The position numbers and the translations under genes are program-made. Below, piece by piece: positions 26,031-39,179 of a stretch of DNA of 64,000 nucleotides. The notes under the pieces are model-generated. The model did not search any database. It was given only the letters and a program-made list of their open reading frames with translations, and was not told the origin of the DNA. This DNA is from Eledone cirrhosa (Eukaryota): contig OZ024743.1 in NCBI GenBank assembly GCA_964016885.1, forward strand, positions 312,170,001 through 312,234,000, given 5' to 3'. Within the stretch, counting starts at the first letter, position 1; each line of letters begins with the position of its first letter.

Positions 26031-28927
26031 TTATAGCAGTTACTGTTTCCAATTAAGGTTGTGCTAAAAATATAAATCTGCGAAACGATTTGGAATTTTT
26101 ACAAGATATGTTAAATCACAACATATGCTAAGATAAATAACTTATTTAATAATGATTTAAGAAGCAGGTTTAAAACAATTATAGTTTGTATTGCAGAACC
26201 TAAAATCTTGTGATTTCATGCTTTGAATATATTCTTGTAATAAACTATTGATATACCATGATTTATTGGTAAATTACATTTTTCAACCAGTGGTATTCAA
26301 GATGTTTGGAGGAGTTTGGTTGCTTACAATGATTTTTATCATTATTTGCGGCTTGCTTTACTGAAGTATCAAGTGATTCTCCTGGTGTGGTACTTTACTA
26401 TTCCAACACCCCAGCCTTGCTATCACCCACACTAATGTCTTGAATATCTTAGCTTACCTCAAAATGTTTTAGAAAATGATTCTGGCATTCCCTGAATGTT
26501 TGTTTCTCCCATTTTTTGTATTTTGTTTTATTTCCTCTTCTTTCTGACTATTTTTTGTTATTGATTTGTCCCTTTTGTCAAATCATAACCACACTTCCTG
26601 TATTTCTTCTATTGATTTCTTTCTATTGTAAATCATATTCTTGTACAAGTATAGATAAAAATCTTCTTCCAGAAATGTATAACTTTAATTACATATATCA
26701 ACAGTAAATTGGCAGAGTTATTAGTGTTAATTTAAACACCCCAGTGTTTGTTGCAATTCTCTGTACTCTCTGTTCAAATTCCATTGAGGTCAACTTTGCC
26801 TTTCATCCTTTCGGGGGTCGATAAATAAAGTACCAATCCAGGGGTGGAGGTGAATTGACAGAATTGTTAAAAAGTCAAATAAAATAGTTTGTGGTATCTG
26901 ATCCAGTTCAAATCTTGCCTCCTCCTCCCAGGAGCTGTGACTAGCAGATAGAATTAGCTATTGAAAGACCAAGGAAACAGTTTCCTTGGTCTCATATGAG
27001 AATCAAATTCTTTCCTTTTACTTATATCTAACAAAACTAAATTAGACAAATTTTATAAGTTACAATAATTGTTTCATTGTAAGTTTGTGAAATTTGCTTT
27101 TTATGTGGTATCAATGGTGTTTTTTTTTAAAATCAAAATTGCTGTGAGATAGACATGTAAATAGCTTCTAAAAGAAGACCATGTATAGAGAAGTTTTGAT
27201 AAATTCACATCGAAATGTGTTGTAATAATATTTTTCCTTTATGATATTTTATAAAACTAAGCTTTTATTTATATTTAATTAGTTCAATATCAACTTGGCA
27301 GAGTTGTTAGAGCGATGGGATTTGTTCCAGCTTACGACAACTGTTAGTTCAAATCTTACAGAAGTCAACTCTACTTTTCATCCCTTTGGTGTCTTCTTCT
27401 TTGCCTACTTATTCCTGGGATGGTCGTGGGGGCAGAGTCCTAAAACAGTCCTACCAGCAGGTCCTGTCCAGTGATTCTAATCACATGCCTGTAATATTAG
27501 TGCTGTGATCTGTCATCCTCTCAAGGAAGCCTGTGCAATTCCCCCTACATGTGAATGAAATTTCACTAAAGCAAGTGGAAAAGTTCAAGTACCTTGGGGT
27601 CATGTTTATGAGTGATGGAAGGCAGGAGGATGAATTAAGTTTAAGAATTGCAGGAGCTGGTTCGCCAGGTTCAGCATTCGGTAATCAGAGAAAGGGAAGT
27701 AGGTGTAATAGCCAAAGTTGCTATATTCAATTCGGTATTCCTTTTGGTGTTGATAAATAAAATAACAATGAATTTGTGGAATTGTTAAAGTGTTGACAGA
27801 ATGCTTTACAGTACCTAATCCAATTCTGTTAATTCTGAGTTCAAATCCTACCTACAACAACCAAGAGTTGTGACCAGCAGATATTGTCAGCAATGGAAAC
27901 ACGCTGACGATTGGCTCATTGCCATTCTTTATCAATTCTCTTATTTATTCCACAATAACTTTGTAGTATCTAATCTAGCTGTGTGCTTTCTGAGTTCAAA
28001 TCATACCTTCTTTCTCCAAGGAGTTGTGACCTTCAGATAGCATCAGAACTGGGAAAAACCAATGGAAACATTTTTTCCTTGATGTTTGACTCCTGTCATT
28101 TGCAGAAAGATATAGTCTATGTAATGTAATGAATAAATCTTGAAAAAGAAGAGTCTAAAAATATATATCTTATGTTCTTGGCCTTCTGAGTATCTGCTGT
28201 TCTAGTAAGTATTTTCTTACAAGGTCCATTGAGACAAATATATTGTTGCAGAGCAGGGGTCCATAAAGTAGTCTGTATTGACACCCAGGCCTTGTTGGAC
28301 TCCCCAGGGGGGTCGATTCAACTTTTGTACCCTAACTATATTATTTGTAAAAGAAATGAAAATACTTATAATAATGCAGTAAAATATAATTTGTTTATAC
28401 AGGTTTCTGATTTATACATCGTTAGTCTTTATTGTCTATTTTATATTCTGTTCACTGAATTATTTATTTTTGTACATTCCCGGGGTCGATAAAGAGGAGT
28501 CAAATGTTTGAGGATTTTTGTTGTAGAGTTTGAACTAGTTATATATCATCCCTTGAGTTCCTCAGTCAGTAGGTGTGGATATGTGGATATATGTTAAATA
28601 TACACATATTTTTAACATTTTAACATTTCTCAAAGTTTTTTCTTGGTTCATTCAATTAAAATATCTAAAACTACCATAGATATACATGGAAAAGTCGAAT
28701 TCTTTAGGCTATTTTTTTAGGTTAAATTTATAAGTTGACTATTACATGGAATGTACTTTTGAGGGGCTGAAATTTATACTACAATCCAAAATACCTTATC
28801 AATAAGCAAAATCTTAAATGGACTCTAAAAGTTGAATAAAAAATCAATGAATAACGCACTTCCTACAACCAAAACACATAAATAAAACCATATAGCCCCT
28901 CACCCTGTGTATATATATATATATAAA

Positions 28928-28958
<31 letters not shown>

Positions 28959-30281
28959 CTTGCATACATCAGAACACAATAGCATAGAATAATTAATTTC
29001 TTTATTGTAACATTCATGTCCGGGATAATATCTTGATGTTGATCTGTTGTCCCTAAAGAATAAGGGTTAATCTTTGCATGAGATACATGGAAATATCAAA
29101 ATTGTTTTATAAAAATTAGGCCTGACTTTTACATGAGTGTATACTATAGTTTATAAAACCAGTTTATTGGCATAATATTTGAATAAAAGTTTAACCCTTT
29201 TGTGACCTTATTTTTAACAAGAATATATCGCCTTTGTGTTTTAATTATCAAAATAATTAAGAGGAGTTAACTACTGAAATCTAATATCTAGCATGTCATA
29301 ATGAGATTTCATTTGAAAAAAACTTTGGAGATTCCTGAGATTAATTAATATTTGTTTTCATTAAATAAAACCACTTTATATTTTTTTCTACAAATGATAA
29401 TTGTGTGAAATATTTTGTCGAAACTTTTCATGAAAATCTGTTAATGTTAAAAGTATTTTATATAAAAATTTTATATTGTTTTAATGTCATTATTTATTCC
29501 ACAATCTGTAAAATATCAACCATGTTGTTCTATGTTATGAATAAAACATTCAATCAACAATTGTAGTGAATATCTGTTACTCTGGGAGGCACAGCATGAC
29601 CAAATGCTGTAGAAGTTCTTTTCACAATCTTTAGGCCCCAGGTTCAATATTACTGTGTAACATCTTGGATTAGTGTTGTTTACTATAACCATAGGTCGAC
29701 CCAATTGTTGTGTATTAAATTGAGTAGACAGACTGTTTTGAGTCCTGCCAGATTGACTCTACCTTTAATTCAAAGGCCCCACTTGTTAACCAGTGTGTCA
29801 GACTGAATCTTACTGTGAATTACCTTATGGGTACATGTCTATGGAATGCTCAGGCATTTGCACGCTAATTTCAAGAGCAGGCTGCTTTATTTATCAAAGA
29901 ACTGGAAACCAATGGAGTTCCATTTCATTCTGTTTCATTCCATTTCTACTCCAGACCTGTCACAGATATTTCATCGGATGAAAGGTCAAGGTTGACACAA
30001 ATAATATAGGGATGAAGAAACTATTTTGTAAGTCTTTCATCTTCACTCCCACCCAGAGCTGGTCCCTGGGTATTTATCACTGCAGGCTAGCTCTACAATA
30101 TATCTTCTCTTCCTTCAGTTATGCATCCCATTTTCCCTTTCTACAGGTGTATTTTACCTGATTTTCTCAACTATTATTTACAGTAATCGACTTATTATTG
30201 TGATTTCTACATTGGGACGACTATATTTCAGATTTTTCCAATGCTTCTTAAACCAACTATTGTGTATATATACATACATAC

Positions 30282-30356
<75 letters not shown>

Positions 30357-30646
30357 GTAATTGTAGATAATTTTCTCATTTTATTTGTATTGTACCAATA
30401 AATCTTTTAGTTTAGTTTAATCTATAATTTTGATTAACTAAAGAGTTTTTAAATTAATGTTGACCTTTTACAGATCTTTCTGGAGCAATTTAATAAAAAA
30501 ACAAAACAAAAAACAATGAAATCTGAATACTTTTAATGGGGAATTCTTCAATAATTCCTAATCTTAGCACAAGTGAGTACTTTCGATTATATCGAACCCA
30601 GTACATGACTAATACGTTTTTTATTGTCCCCCATCTAGATCTAGAT

Positions 30647-31808
30647 CACAGGTTCTCAACCCATTTTGTCCCTCAAAATCACGAAACCCCCCCCCCCCCC
30701 CCCCTATTTTCCATTTTTCAATATACTACTGATTTTTATATCAGTAGATTGCTAAAAAATTGATTAACAATATTCCAAAGATGTGTGTATTATCTGATTA
30801 TGTGTTGTATGTGGTCCTAGATGTGTGTATTATCTGATTATGTGGTCCTAGATGTGTGTATTATCTGATTATGTGTTGTATGTGGTCCTAGATGTGTGTA
30901 TTACCTGATTATGTATTGTATGTGGTCCTAGATGTGTGTATTATCTGATTATGTGTTGTATGTGGTCCTAGATGTGTGTATTATCTGATTATGTGTTGTA
31001 TGTGGTCCTAGATGTGTGTATTATCTGATTATGTGTTGTATGTGGTCCTAGATGTGTGTATTATCTGATTGTGTTGTATGTGGTCCTAGATGTGTGTATT
31101 ATCTGATTATGTGTTGTATGTGGTCCTAGATGTGTGTATTATCTGATTATGTGTTGTATGTGGTCCTAGATGTGTGTATTACCTGATTATGTGTTGTATG
31201 TGGTCCTAGATGTGTGTATTATCTGATTATGTGTTGTATGTGGTCCTAGATGTGTGTATTACCTGATTATGTGTTGTATGTGGTCCTAGATGTGTGTATT
31301 ATCTGATTATGTGTTGTATGTGGTACTAGATGTGTGTGCTACTCGCTTCTGTTTTTTTCTTTTTTTTTTTTTTGATTTGTAATATTATTTATACAATAGG
31401 GAATAAAATAGATCTACATAGTGATAACTCGTTGTGGTTGAGTCAATAATTTCAGACATGAAATACATTGTTATCGGTGAAGGAAAGATAAGATTCTAAC
31501 TGGCTGCGCTCAAAGTGTCTTTGACCCAGTTGACTGTGGGTTTTTCCATTTTTAGGATCTCAATTACCGGACAATTACCTGCTCACAGCCGCGGTCAGAC
31601 TATAGTTATGCTGTCTGCAAGCTCATTCAAATGCATTCACACTGGCTGTCTCAAAGACATACAAATATGGCTTATAAAACTTACCAAAATAAAGAGCCTT
31701 CCCCAGCTCCAAACCCCTCCCCCTCTAATGCGACCTTGCTCCCAAACGCCCCTCTGGAGTTCCGAAACGCGCCCCAGGGGTGCATATGCCCCCCGTTGAG
31801 AACCTTTG
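30647..31808. mobile_element. Non-autonomous hAT/Charlie-like DNA element
   Basis: Termini CACAGGTTCTCAAC ... GTTGAGAACCTTTG; flanks ATCTAGAT / TCCTAGAT resemble the NTCTAGAN 8-bp target. Confidence 0.7.
30781..31337 (+). repeat. 40-bp minisatellite, ~14 copies (ATGTGTGTATTATCTGATTATGTGTTGTATGTGGTCCTAG)
   Basis: Direct inspection; near-perfect units, two with short deletions; no spacers. Confidence 0.97.
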
Positions 31809-32434
31809 TCCTAGATGATCTTAGCGGTTATTTTTCGTCTTGAGCTCAAATTCCACCAAGATCAACTTTACCTTTCATAATTTTGGAGATCAATAAAATA
31901 AAGTCGCAGTTAACCGACTGACCTCTCTCACCTAATTTACTGGCTTTGTGCTAAAATTAGAATTTGGAAATTATATTAACGTGACAAAGAACTAAAACAA
32001 AAGAGTTATCTCCCATAACAGAGTTATCTCCCTTGATAACATTTTATTTTATTTTCGAGAGAAATGTAAATAAATATAACACCGTCCCAAAAGCCAATAG
32101 GTCAGCCTGACAATGGCTTGTCAGACTGCCGTCGAGACCTCAAGCGTCCTCGGACCCCATGGAGCTGGCCTCTTCCGTAAAATCTGAATGATAACAGCCC
32201 GTTTGAGGGAAGAGTCCCGGCTATTACAACGGTTTTGCTGGCCATTGTCCGTGACAGTGCCTTTGCTTTTTGTCTGCGTGGCGCAACCGAAACACCACTT
32301 TGACTTAGTGTAGAGTCTGTTATTCCTCCCTTCCCTCTTTCTTTCGTTGCTTATAATCCTTGCCTTTTCTTCTTTTTTAGTCTTTTGCAATGCTACTTTT
32401 CTCTTTGATTGATTTCACCTACAATATATTCCCT

Positions 32435-32776
32435 TGCTGGTCTTGTGCCAAAAGTAGAAACAGTTATTATTAACGGCCCTTTATGGTCTGAGTTCAAATC
32501 CCGCCGAGGTTAACTTTGCCTATCATCCTTACGGGGTCGATAAAATAAAGTACCAGTAATACACTGGAATAATTGCTGGCCTTGTGCCAAAAGTAGAAAG
32601 TTATGAAATGGCGGTGGATTGGCAGTATCGGACGCCATGCTTTGCAGCATGTAGTTACGGCCCTTTACGGTCTGAGTTCAAATCCCGCCGAGGTTAACTG
32701 TCTTTCGTCTTTACGGAGTCAATAAAATAAAATACCAGTAATTGCTGACCTTGGGCCAAAAGTAGAAATAATTATT
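32435..32776 (+). mobile_element. Head-to-tail cluster of three SINE copies/fragments
   Basis: 3' tail (32435-32460), truncated copy (32473-32600), full copy (32609-32776). Confidence 0.85.
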
Positions 32777-35700
32777 AAATGTTTGAATTTGCATATTTCA
32801 ACTGTCGCCGTTTTGTCTGAATGGCACATATAGATATTTTCTTCAACCTAGGATGTGAAGTTTGTTATCAACCCATGTTTTTTTTTTTACTTTAGGGGGA
32901 TTTGATTGTTTTTTTTTTGGGTGGTGGTGGTGGGGGACTGAATTTTGTCTTTCTTTTGTGTTACTGGAGCATCATCAAAAATGAATAACTGAACACACAC
33001 GCTTTTTCTCCCCCAATTATTTTCCCTCGTTTCTTCTCATTTCTATTTATCTTTTATTTTTTATTCTTGTTAACTCGCGAATGAAAAGTGTTGCCTCAGT
33101 TTTTTACATACAGCTTTGAGTTATTCCAAGTTATTAGCAGTAAGTCTGTAAGGTTCTTATTTTACTAATGATCCAATGTCTCTGTATATCTTGTGAGACC
33201 ATGGATTTGAAATTGAATAATTCCTCTCTAAAGCACGGACCTAGGCAACAGTTTTGTGGAAGACCAGTAGTGGTTCATGTATGTAAGTCTCCCTTGATGT
33301 CCAAAATAAAGACAAGAACCAATACTACTTAACACTAATTTTCGTCAATCCTGTATGTACCACAAGCATGAAATCTATATCCAGGCAGCTTAAATACGAT
33401 ATTCTACTTACACATAATGGTCTATAGTTTAAATGTTAGAAGTTTTATACATATTAGCTGGTTTCTTGTAAATTCCACGGTTTGATTAGAAACAACCGTC
33501 ACATATCAAACATAAATCTGGCATTTTAAATCTTTTATTTTTAAGTTATATATATCCTATTCAATCCAATCCAGGCTTTCTCACTCCTGTTCGAGGAATC
33601 CCTCCCTGGTTGACCTCTACCACTTTCTGTTTGGTTTTGGTCATGTCTGAGATGTAGCCATACTCACCACACTTAGCCAATTGCAGGTTGGTGAGAAAAT
33701 TATATATACACACACACACTCAAATAATATATACAGTACTTAATTTCATATAAACAATATAGCAAAATAAATTGAATGAATTTAACAAATGACGAAAATT
33801 AACAAAATAGAATATTTTTATATTGATAATTTAAGGAAAGACAAGTTTTCATAAAAGTATTTTTTCTAGCCCTATCCCCTCCCACACATTTACCACCCCT
33901 TTCCACAAACACTTGTTGCAGAAGGAGATTTAAAGAATGGAAATTTTGGCACCTCTCACCAATGCTCTCTCTCTCTCTCACACACACACCCTCATAGCAT
34001 CCGCTTTTCATAAAGATGTGAGGTTAAAAAATAAATTTCTGGTATTGCTGTCACCACCACTTTCTTTCTTTCATGTATCCTGCTTGACAGACGTTTTACA
34101 CTACAACAACACCAGCTTTAATATGATAGAGAGACTAGCTGAACCCATGAAGATTCCAGTTTAAGAAACAACATGTATTATAGACCAATGTGAAATTTTA
34201 AATGTTTTATTTACAAGTACATATAAAGACCCCCTTCGATCACAAAGTTCTCCTCTGAGACACAAGCCTGGGCAAGGTGTTTTTGTGGAACCCAACAGTC
34301 GCCCATGCGACCCAATCTCCCATCGCTATACCACTGATTTTGTCATGATTGTGAGCCCAATGCTTTAACCACTAAGCCACACACCTTTGATAAGTTATAT
34401 ATACATATTTACACACACAAATAATATAAATGTCGGAGACTAAAAATAATTGGCATGCACATTTACCATCCACTTTCTATAAAGACTTGTTATAGCTCTC
34501 TCTCTCACACATTCTTAAAATACCATTTCCAGAAAAAACTTATGTCCCTCCCTCTGTCATTCACACTCTCTTACTATCACTTTTCTATAAAGACTTATAG
34601 CTCTCTCTCTCTTTCTCATGCACACACACACTCCCACCTCTCCCTTTCCATAGAGACATATTGCAGCTCTGTCTCTTTCTCCCTCATACACACTTACCAT
34701 TCCCTTTCCATATGGAAATGAGATTGAAAAAAATTTGACGATGTTGCTGCACCCCCCTTTCTCTTGCATACACTAATGTTGTTTTCTCTCTCTTGCACAC
34801 ACTATTAACATCTACTTTACAGCTAGACAGCCTTTTTACACAACATGTACAACAGCTTTAATGCAATAGATATATTTCTAAGCCTGTGATCCTTATAGAG
34901 TTTTCTCAGATTGAAAATATGACATCAGGGCTGGGTTTAGACACCCAAGTTTAGTTCCACTACAATACTCTGCTTCAGATAATTTAACTTAGCCAAACTT
35001 TGTTGATGAAAAAATCATTATTTTGCAGTAAATCTTAGAATAAACCTTAAATTAAATTTAAATTATAAAAATTGATTTAAGTTAAACTAATTATAAATTT
35101 AGGGTGTTCAGGTAGAACATTGGTCTATAATGTCTGGCAGCAGCATCCCTAGGGATGGACAGATTTATTGGTTCTCATCTGACTCTCACTATTGGTTCTG
35201 AAAACTTTTTCAGCCACAGATGGGGGACAGGGAATTCTGGGGCATGAGAGTGAGATCCATCATCTCGACAGTAGTCGACGAGTGATGATGAAACATAGTG
35301 AGGGACTTGTAGCTTGGAAAGGAGAAGGGCACTGCCAAGCATTCTAAGGCCCACATAAATGCTATGATAGATAAACAGTCAAATAACATGCTGGATTGGT
35401 TAAGGCCTGGAAAACCAATGACCGTGCTCTCTACTGCTATTTCCCAGGGTGGCAGTGATCAATGTGCAACTGGGATGACAACAACAATGACAATTATAAA
35501 ATTGCCATAGTTAATGTAGTAGTAGTAGTAGTAGTATGATGATGAAGATGATGTATCCTCTGTCAGTTTTAATGATAGCTGTTTGGTTGTTTGATCAGTG
35601 AATGAAACTACTCATGGGATTAACATGTAAGTGGTTTAGTATTCCACAGACACAAATGATTTCCAAGCCAACCCAGATTAACACAATATGCAACAAGGTC

Positions 35701-36759
35701 AGAGCTTTGAATTACAGGTACAAGCCACCTAACAGGCTTTTACATAGTTTCTATCAACCTAATATCACTGAAAAGGTTTGGGTTGACCCAGGACTGTAGT
35801 AAAGACACTTGCTGAACATGCCAAACAATGGAGTTGAACTCTGGATCATATGATTACAAAGCAAACTTCTTAACCCCTTGCCATGCCTGTATGTGTATGT
35901 ATGTGTCCATGTACGCATTTGTGTGTGTTTGCCATGTGTGTGTGTGTGTGTGTGTGTGCTTGCTATGTATGTGTGTGCGTTTGCCATGCCTCTCTATATG
36001 TGCTTGCCATGCCACTGTGTAAGTGTGCTTGTCATGCTTGTGTATGTGTGTGTATGTGTGTGTGAAAGAAAAAAACAACTAATCATGCTAAGTATTTATT
36101 TGTAATATTTCCTGGTAACCTAAGTATTGATCCAGTTGTTACACTAAACACTAAATACTGATCATACGATGGAGAAAGATGAGCTGCTCGTGACTGGTCT
36201 GAACTGGTCACATGAAGCAACCCTTGTAAAGGTTATAGTTGAGTAAACACAACTGAACTTACTCAACTAGAAGAGATTGACATGTAGAGAGGTAAACAAT
36301 GACTTGTAAACATATATACATGGTGGTGGTGTGGCAGTGGTGACAGTGATGATGGTGGTGGTAGTGGTGGTGGTGGTAGTGGTGGTGGTGGTGGTGGTGG
36401 TAGTGGTGGTAGTGGTGGTGATGGAACATGAGGATGGGGGCAGAGGATGAGGGCAGTGATGATGATGAGGAGCAGGAGGTGGATTTGGTCACAGAGGATG
36501 AGGAGGAAGAGGTGGTGGTGGTGGTGGTGGTGATGGTGGAGGATGATGCAGTGGAGGTGGTGGTGATAATGGAGTTGGAGGAGGTATTGGCAGATGTGGT
36601 GGAAGGGGGGGGTCAGGTGGTGGAGTCTACAGAGAGTCAGGAATGGAGTGTTGTGTGGAAATCCCTGTTTACGTAGCAGGGGCTGTCATATGTAACAACG
36701 ACATTACTGAAGCAAAGAAAGGAAGATAGGAAACAAATGTTGTTGTTGTTGTTAATATT

Positions 36760-39170
36760 GTGGTAATGGTAGTGGTGATGGTGGGGGAGGTTGTTGGTAG
36801 TGGTGATGGTGGGGGAAGTTGTTGGTTGGGGTGTGGGTGTTAGTGGTAGTAGTGGTGATGGTGGTGGAGGTTGTTGGTAGTGATGATGGTGGGGGAGGTT
36901 GTTGGTTGGGGTGTGGGTGTTAGTGGTGATGGTGGGGGAGGTTGTTGGTTGGGGTGATGGTGGGGGAGGTTGTTGGTAGTGTTGATGGTGGTGGAGGTTG
37001 TTGGTAGTGATGATGGTGGGGGAGGTTGTTGGTTGGGGTGTGGGTGTTAGTGGTGATGGTGGGGGAGGTTGTTGGTTGGGGTGATGGTGGTGGAGGTTGT
37101 TCGTTGGGGTGTGGGTGTTAGTGGTAGTAGTGGTGATGGTGGGGGAGGTTGTTGGTTGGGGTGATGATGGGGGAGGTTGTTGGTGGGGGAGGTTGTTGGT
37201 TGGGGTGATGGTGGGGGAGGTTGTTGGTGGGGGTGATGGTGGTGGAGGTTGTTGGTTGGGGTGTGGGTGTTAGTGGTAGTAGTGGTGATGGTGGGGGAGG
37301 TTGTTGGTTGGGGTGATGATGGGGGAGGTTGTTGGTGGGGGAGGTTGTTGGTTGGGGTGATGGTGGGGGAGGTTGTTGGTGGGGGTGATGGTGGTGGAGG
37401 TTGTTCGTTGGGGTGTGGGTGTTAGTGGTAGTAGTGGTGATGGTGGGGGAGGTTGTTGGTTGGGGTGATGATGGGGGAGGTTGTTGGTGGGGGTGATGGT
37501 GGGGGAGGTTGTTGGTTGGGGTGATGGTGGGGGAGGTTGTTGGTGGGGGTGATGGTGGTGGAGGTTGTTGGTAGTGATGATGGTGGGGGAGGTTGTTCGT
37601 TGGGGTGTGGGTGTTAGTGGTAGTAATGGTGATGGTGGGGGAGGTTGTTGGTTGGGGTGATGATGGGGGAGGTTGTTGGTGGGGGAGGTTGTTGGTTGGG
37701 GTGATGGTGGGGGAGGTTGTTGGTGGGGGTGATGGTGGGGGAGGTTGTTGGTAGTGATGATGGTGGGGGAGGTTGTTGGTTGGGGTGTGGGTGTTAGTGG
37801 TAGTAGTGGTGATGGTGGGGGAGGTTGTTGGTAGTGATGATGGTGGGGGAGGTTGTTGGTTGGGGTGTGGGTGTTAGTGGTAGTAGTGGTGATGGTGGGG
37901 GAGGTTGTTGGTAGTGGTGATGGTGGGGGAGGTTGTTGGTTGGGGTGTGGGTGTTAGTGGTGATGGTGGGGGAGGTTGTTGGTTGGGGTGTGGGTGTTAG
38001 TGGTAGTAGTGGGGGTGTTAGTGGTAGTAGTGGTGATGGTGGGGGAGGTTGTTGGTTGGGGTGATGGTGGGGGAGGTTGTTGGTAGTGGTGATGGTGGGG
38101 GAGGTTGTTGGTTGGGGTGAGGGTGGTGGAGGTTGTTGGTTGGGGTGAGGGTGAGGGAGGTTGTTGGTTGGGTTGGGGGTGTTAGTGGTAGTAGTGGTGA
38201 TGGTGGGGGAGGTTGTTGGTTGTGGGTGGGGGGTGTTAGTGGTAGTAGTGGTGACGGTGGGGGAGGTTGTAGGTTGGGGTGAGGGTTTGGGAGATGGTGG
38301 GGGAGGTTGTTGGTTGGGTGGGGGTGTTAGTGGTGGTTGTGGTAATGGTGGGGGAGGTTGTTGGTTGGGGAGGGGGTGTTAGTGATAGTAGTGATGGTGG
38401 GGGAGGTTGTTGGTTGGGGTGGGGTGTTAGTGGTAGTAGTGGTGATGGTGGGGGAGGCTGTTGGTTGGGGAGGGGGTGTTAGTGGTAGTAGTGGTGATTT
38501 TGGGGCAGGTTGTTGGTTGGGGCAGGGGTGTTAGTGGTTGTAGTGGTGATGGTTGGTGAGGTTGTTGGTTGGTGTGAAGGTGGGGGGGGGGGTGTTAGTG
38601 GTGGTAGTGGTGAGGGTGGGGGAGGTTGTTGGTTGGTGTGAAGGTGGGGTGGGGGGGGTTAGTGGTGGTAGTGGTGAGGGTGGGGGAGGTTGTTGGTTGG
38701 TGTGAAGGTGGGGGAGGTGTTGGTTGGGGCGGGGGTGTTAGTGGTGATGGTGGGGAGGTTGTTGGTTGGGGCGGGTGTGTTAGTGGTGGTAGTGGTGCGG
38801 ATGGGGGAGGTTGTTGGTTGGGGTGGGTGTGTTAGTGGTAGTAGTGGTGATGGTGGGGGAGGTTGTTGGTTGGGGTGGGGGTGTTAGTGGTAGTAGTGGT
38901 GATGGTGCGGGAAGGTGTTGGTTGGGGTGAGGGCGGGGGAGGTTGTTGTTTGGGGCGGGGGTGTTAGTTGTAGTAGTGGTGATGGTGGGGGGAGGTTGTT
39001 GGTTGGGGTGGGGGTGTTAGTGGTAGTAGTGGTGATGGTGGGGAGGTTGTTGGTTGGGGTGATGGTGGGGGAGGTTGTTGGTTGGGTGGGGGTGTTAGTG
39101 GTAGTGGTGGTGATGGTGGGGGAGGTTATTGGTTGGGGTGATGTTGTAGTTGGAGGTGATGGTGATTGTG
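36760..39170 (+). repeat. G-rich degenerate tandem repeat (GGTGATGGTGGGGGAGGTTGTTGGTTGG-type units)
   Basis: Direct inspection; almost no C on + strand. Confidence 0.95.
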
Positions 39171-39179
39171 ACTGCAGCA

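Noticed and set aside
30781-31337. CRISPR-like array (40-bp periodicity); likewise 55710-55998
   Set aside because: Units are contiguous with no unique spacers, there are no cas genes, and the context is eukaryotic
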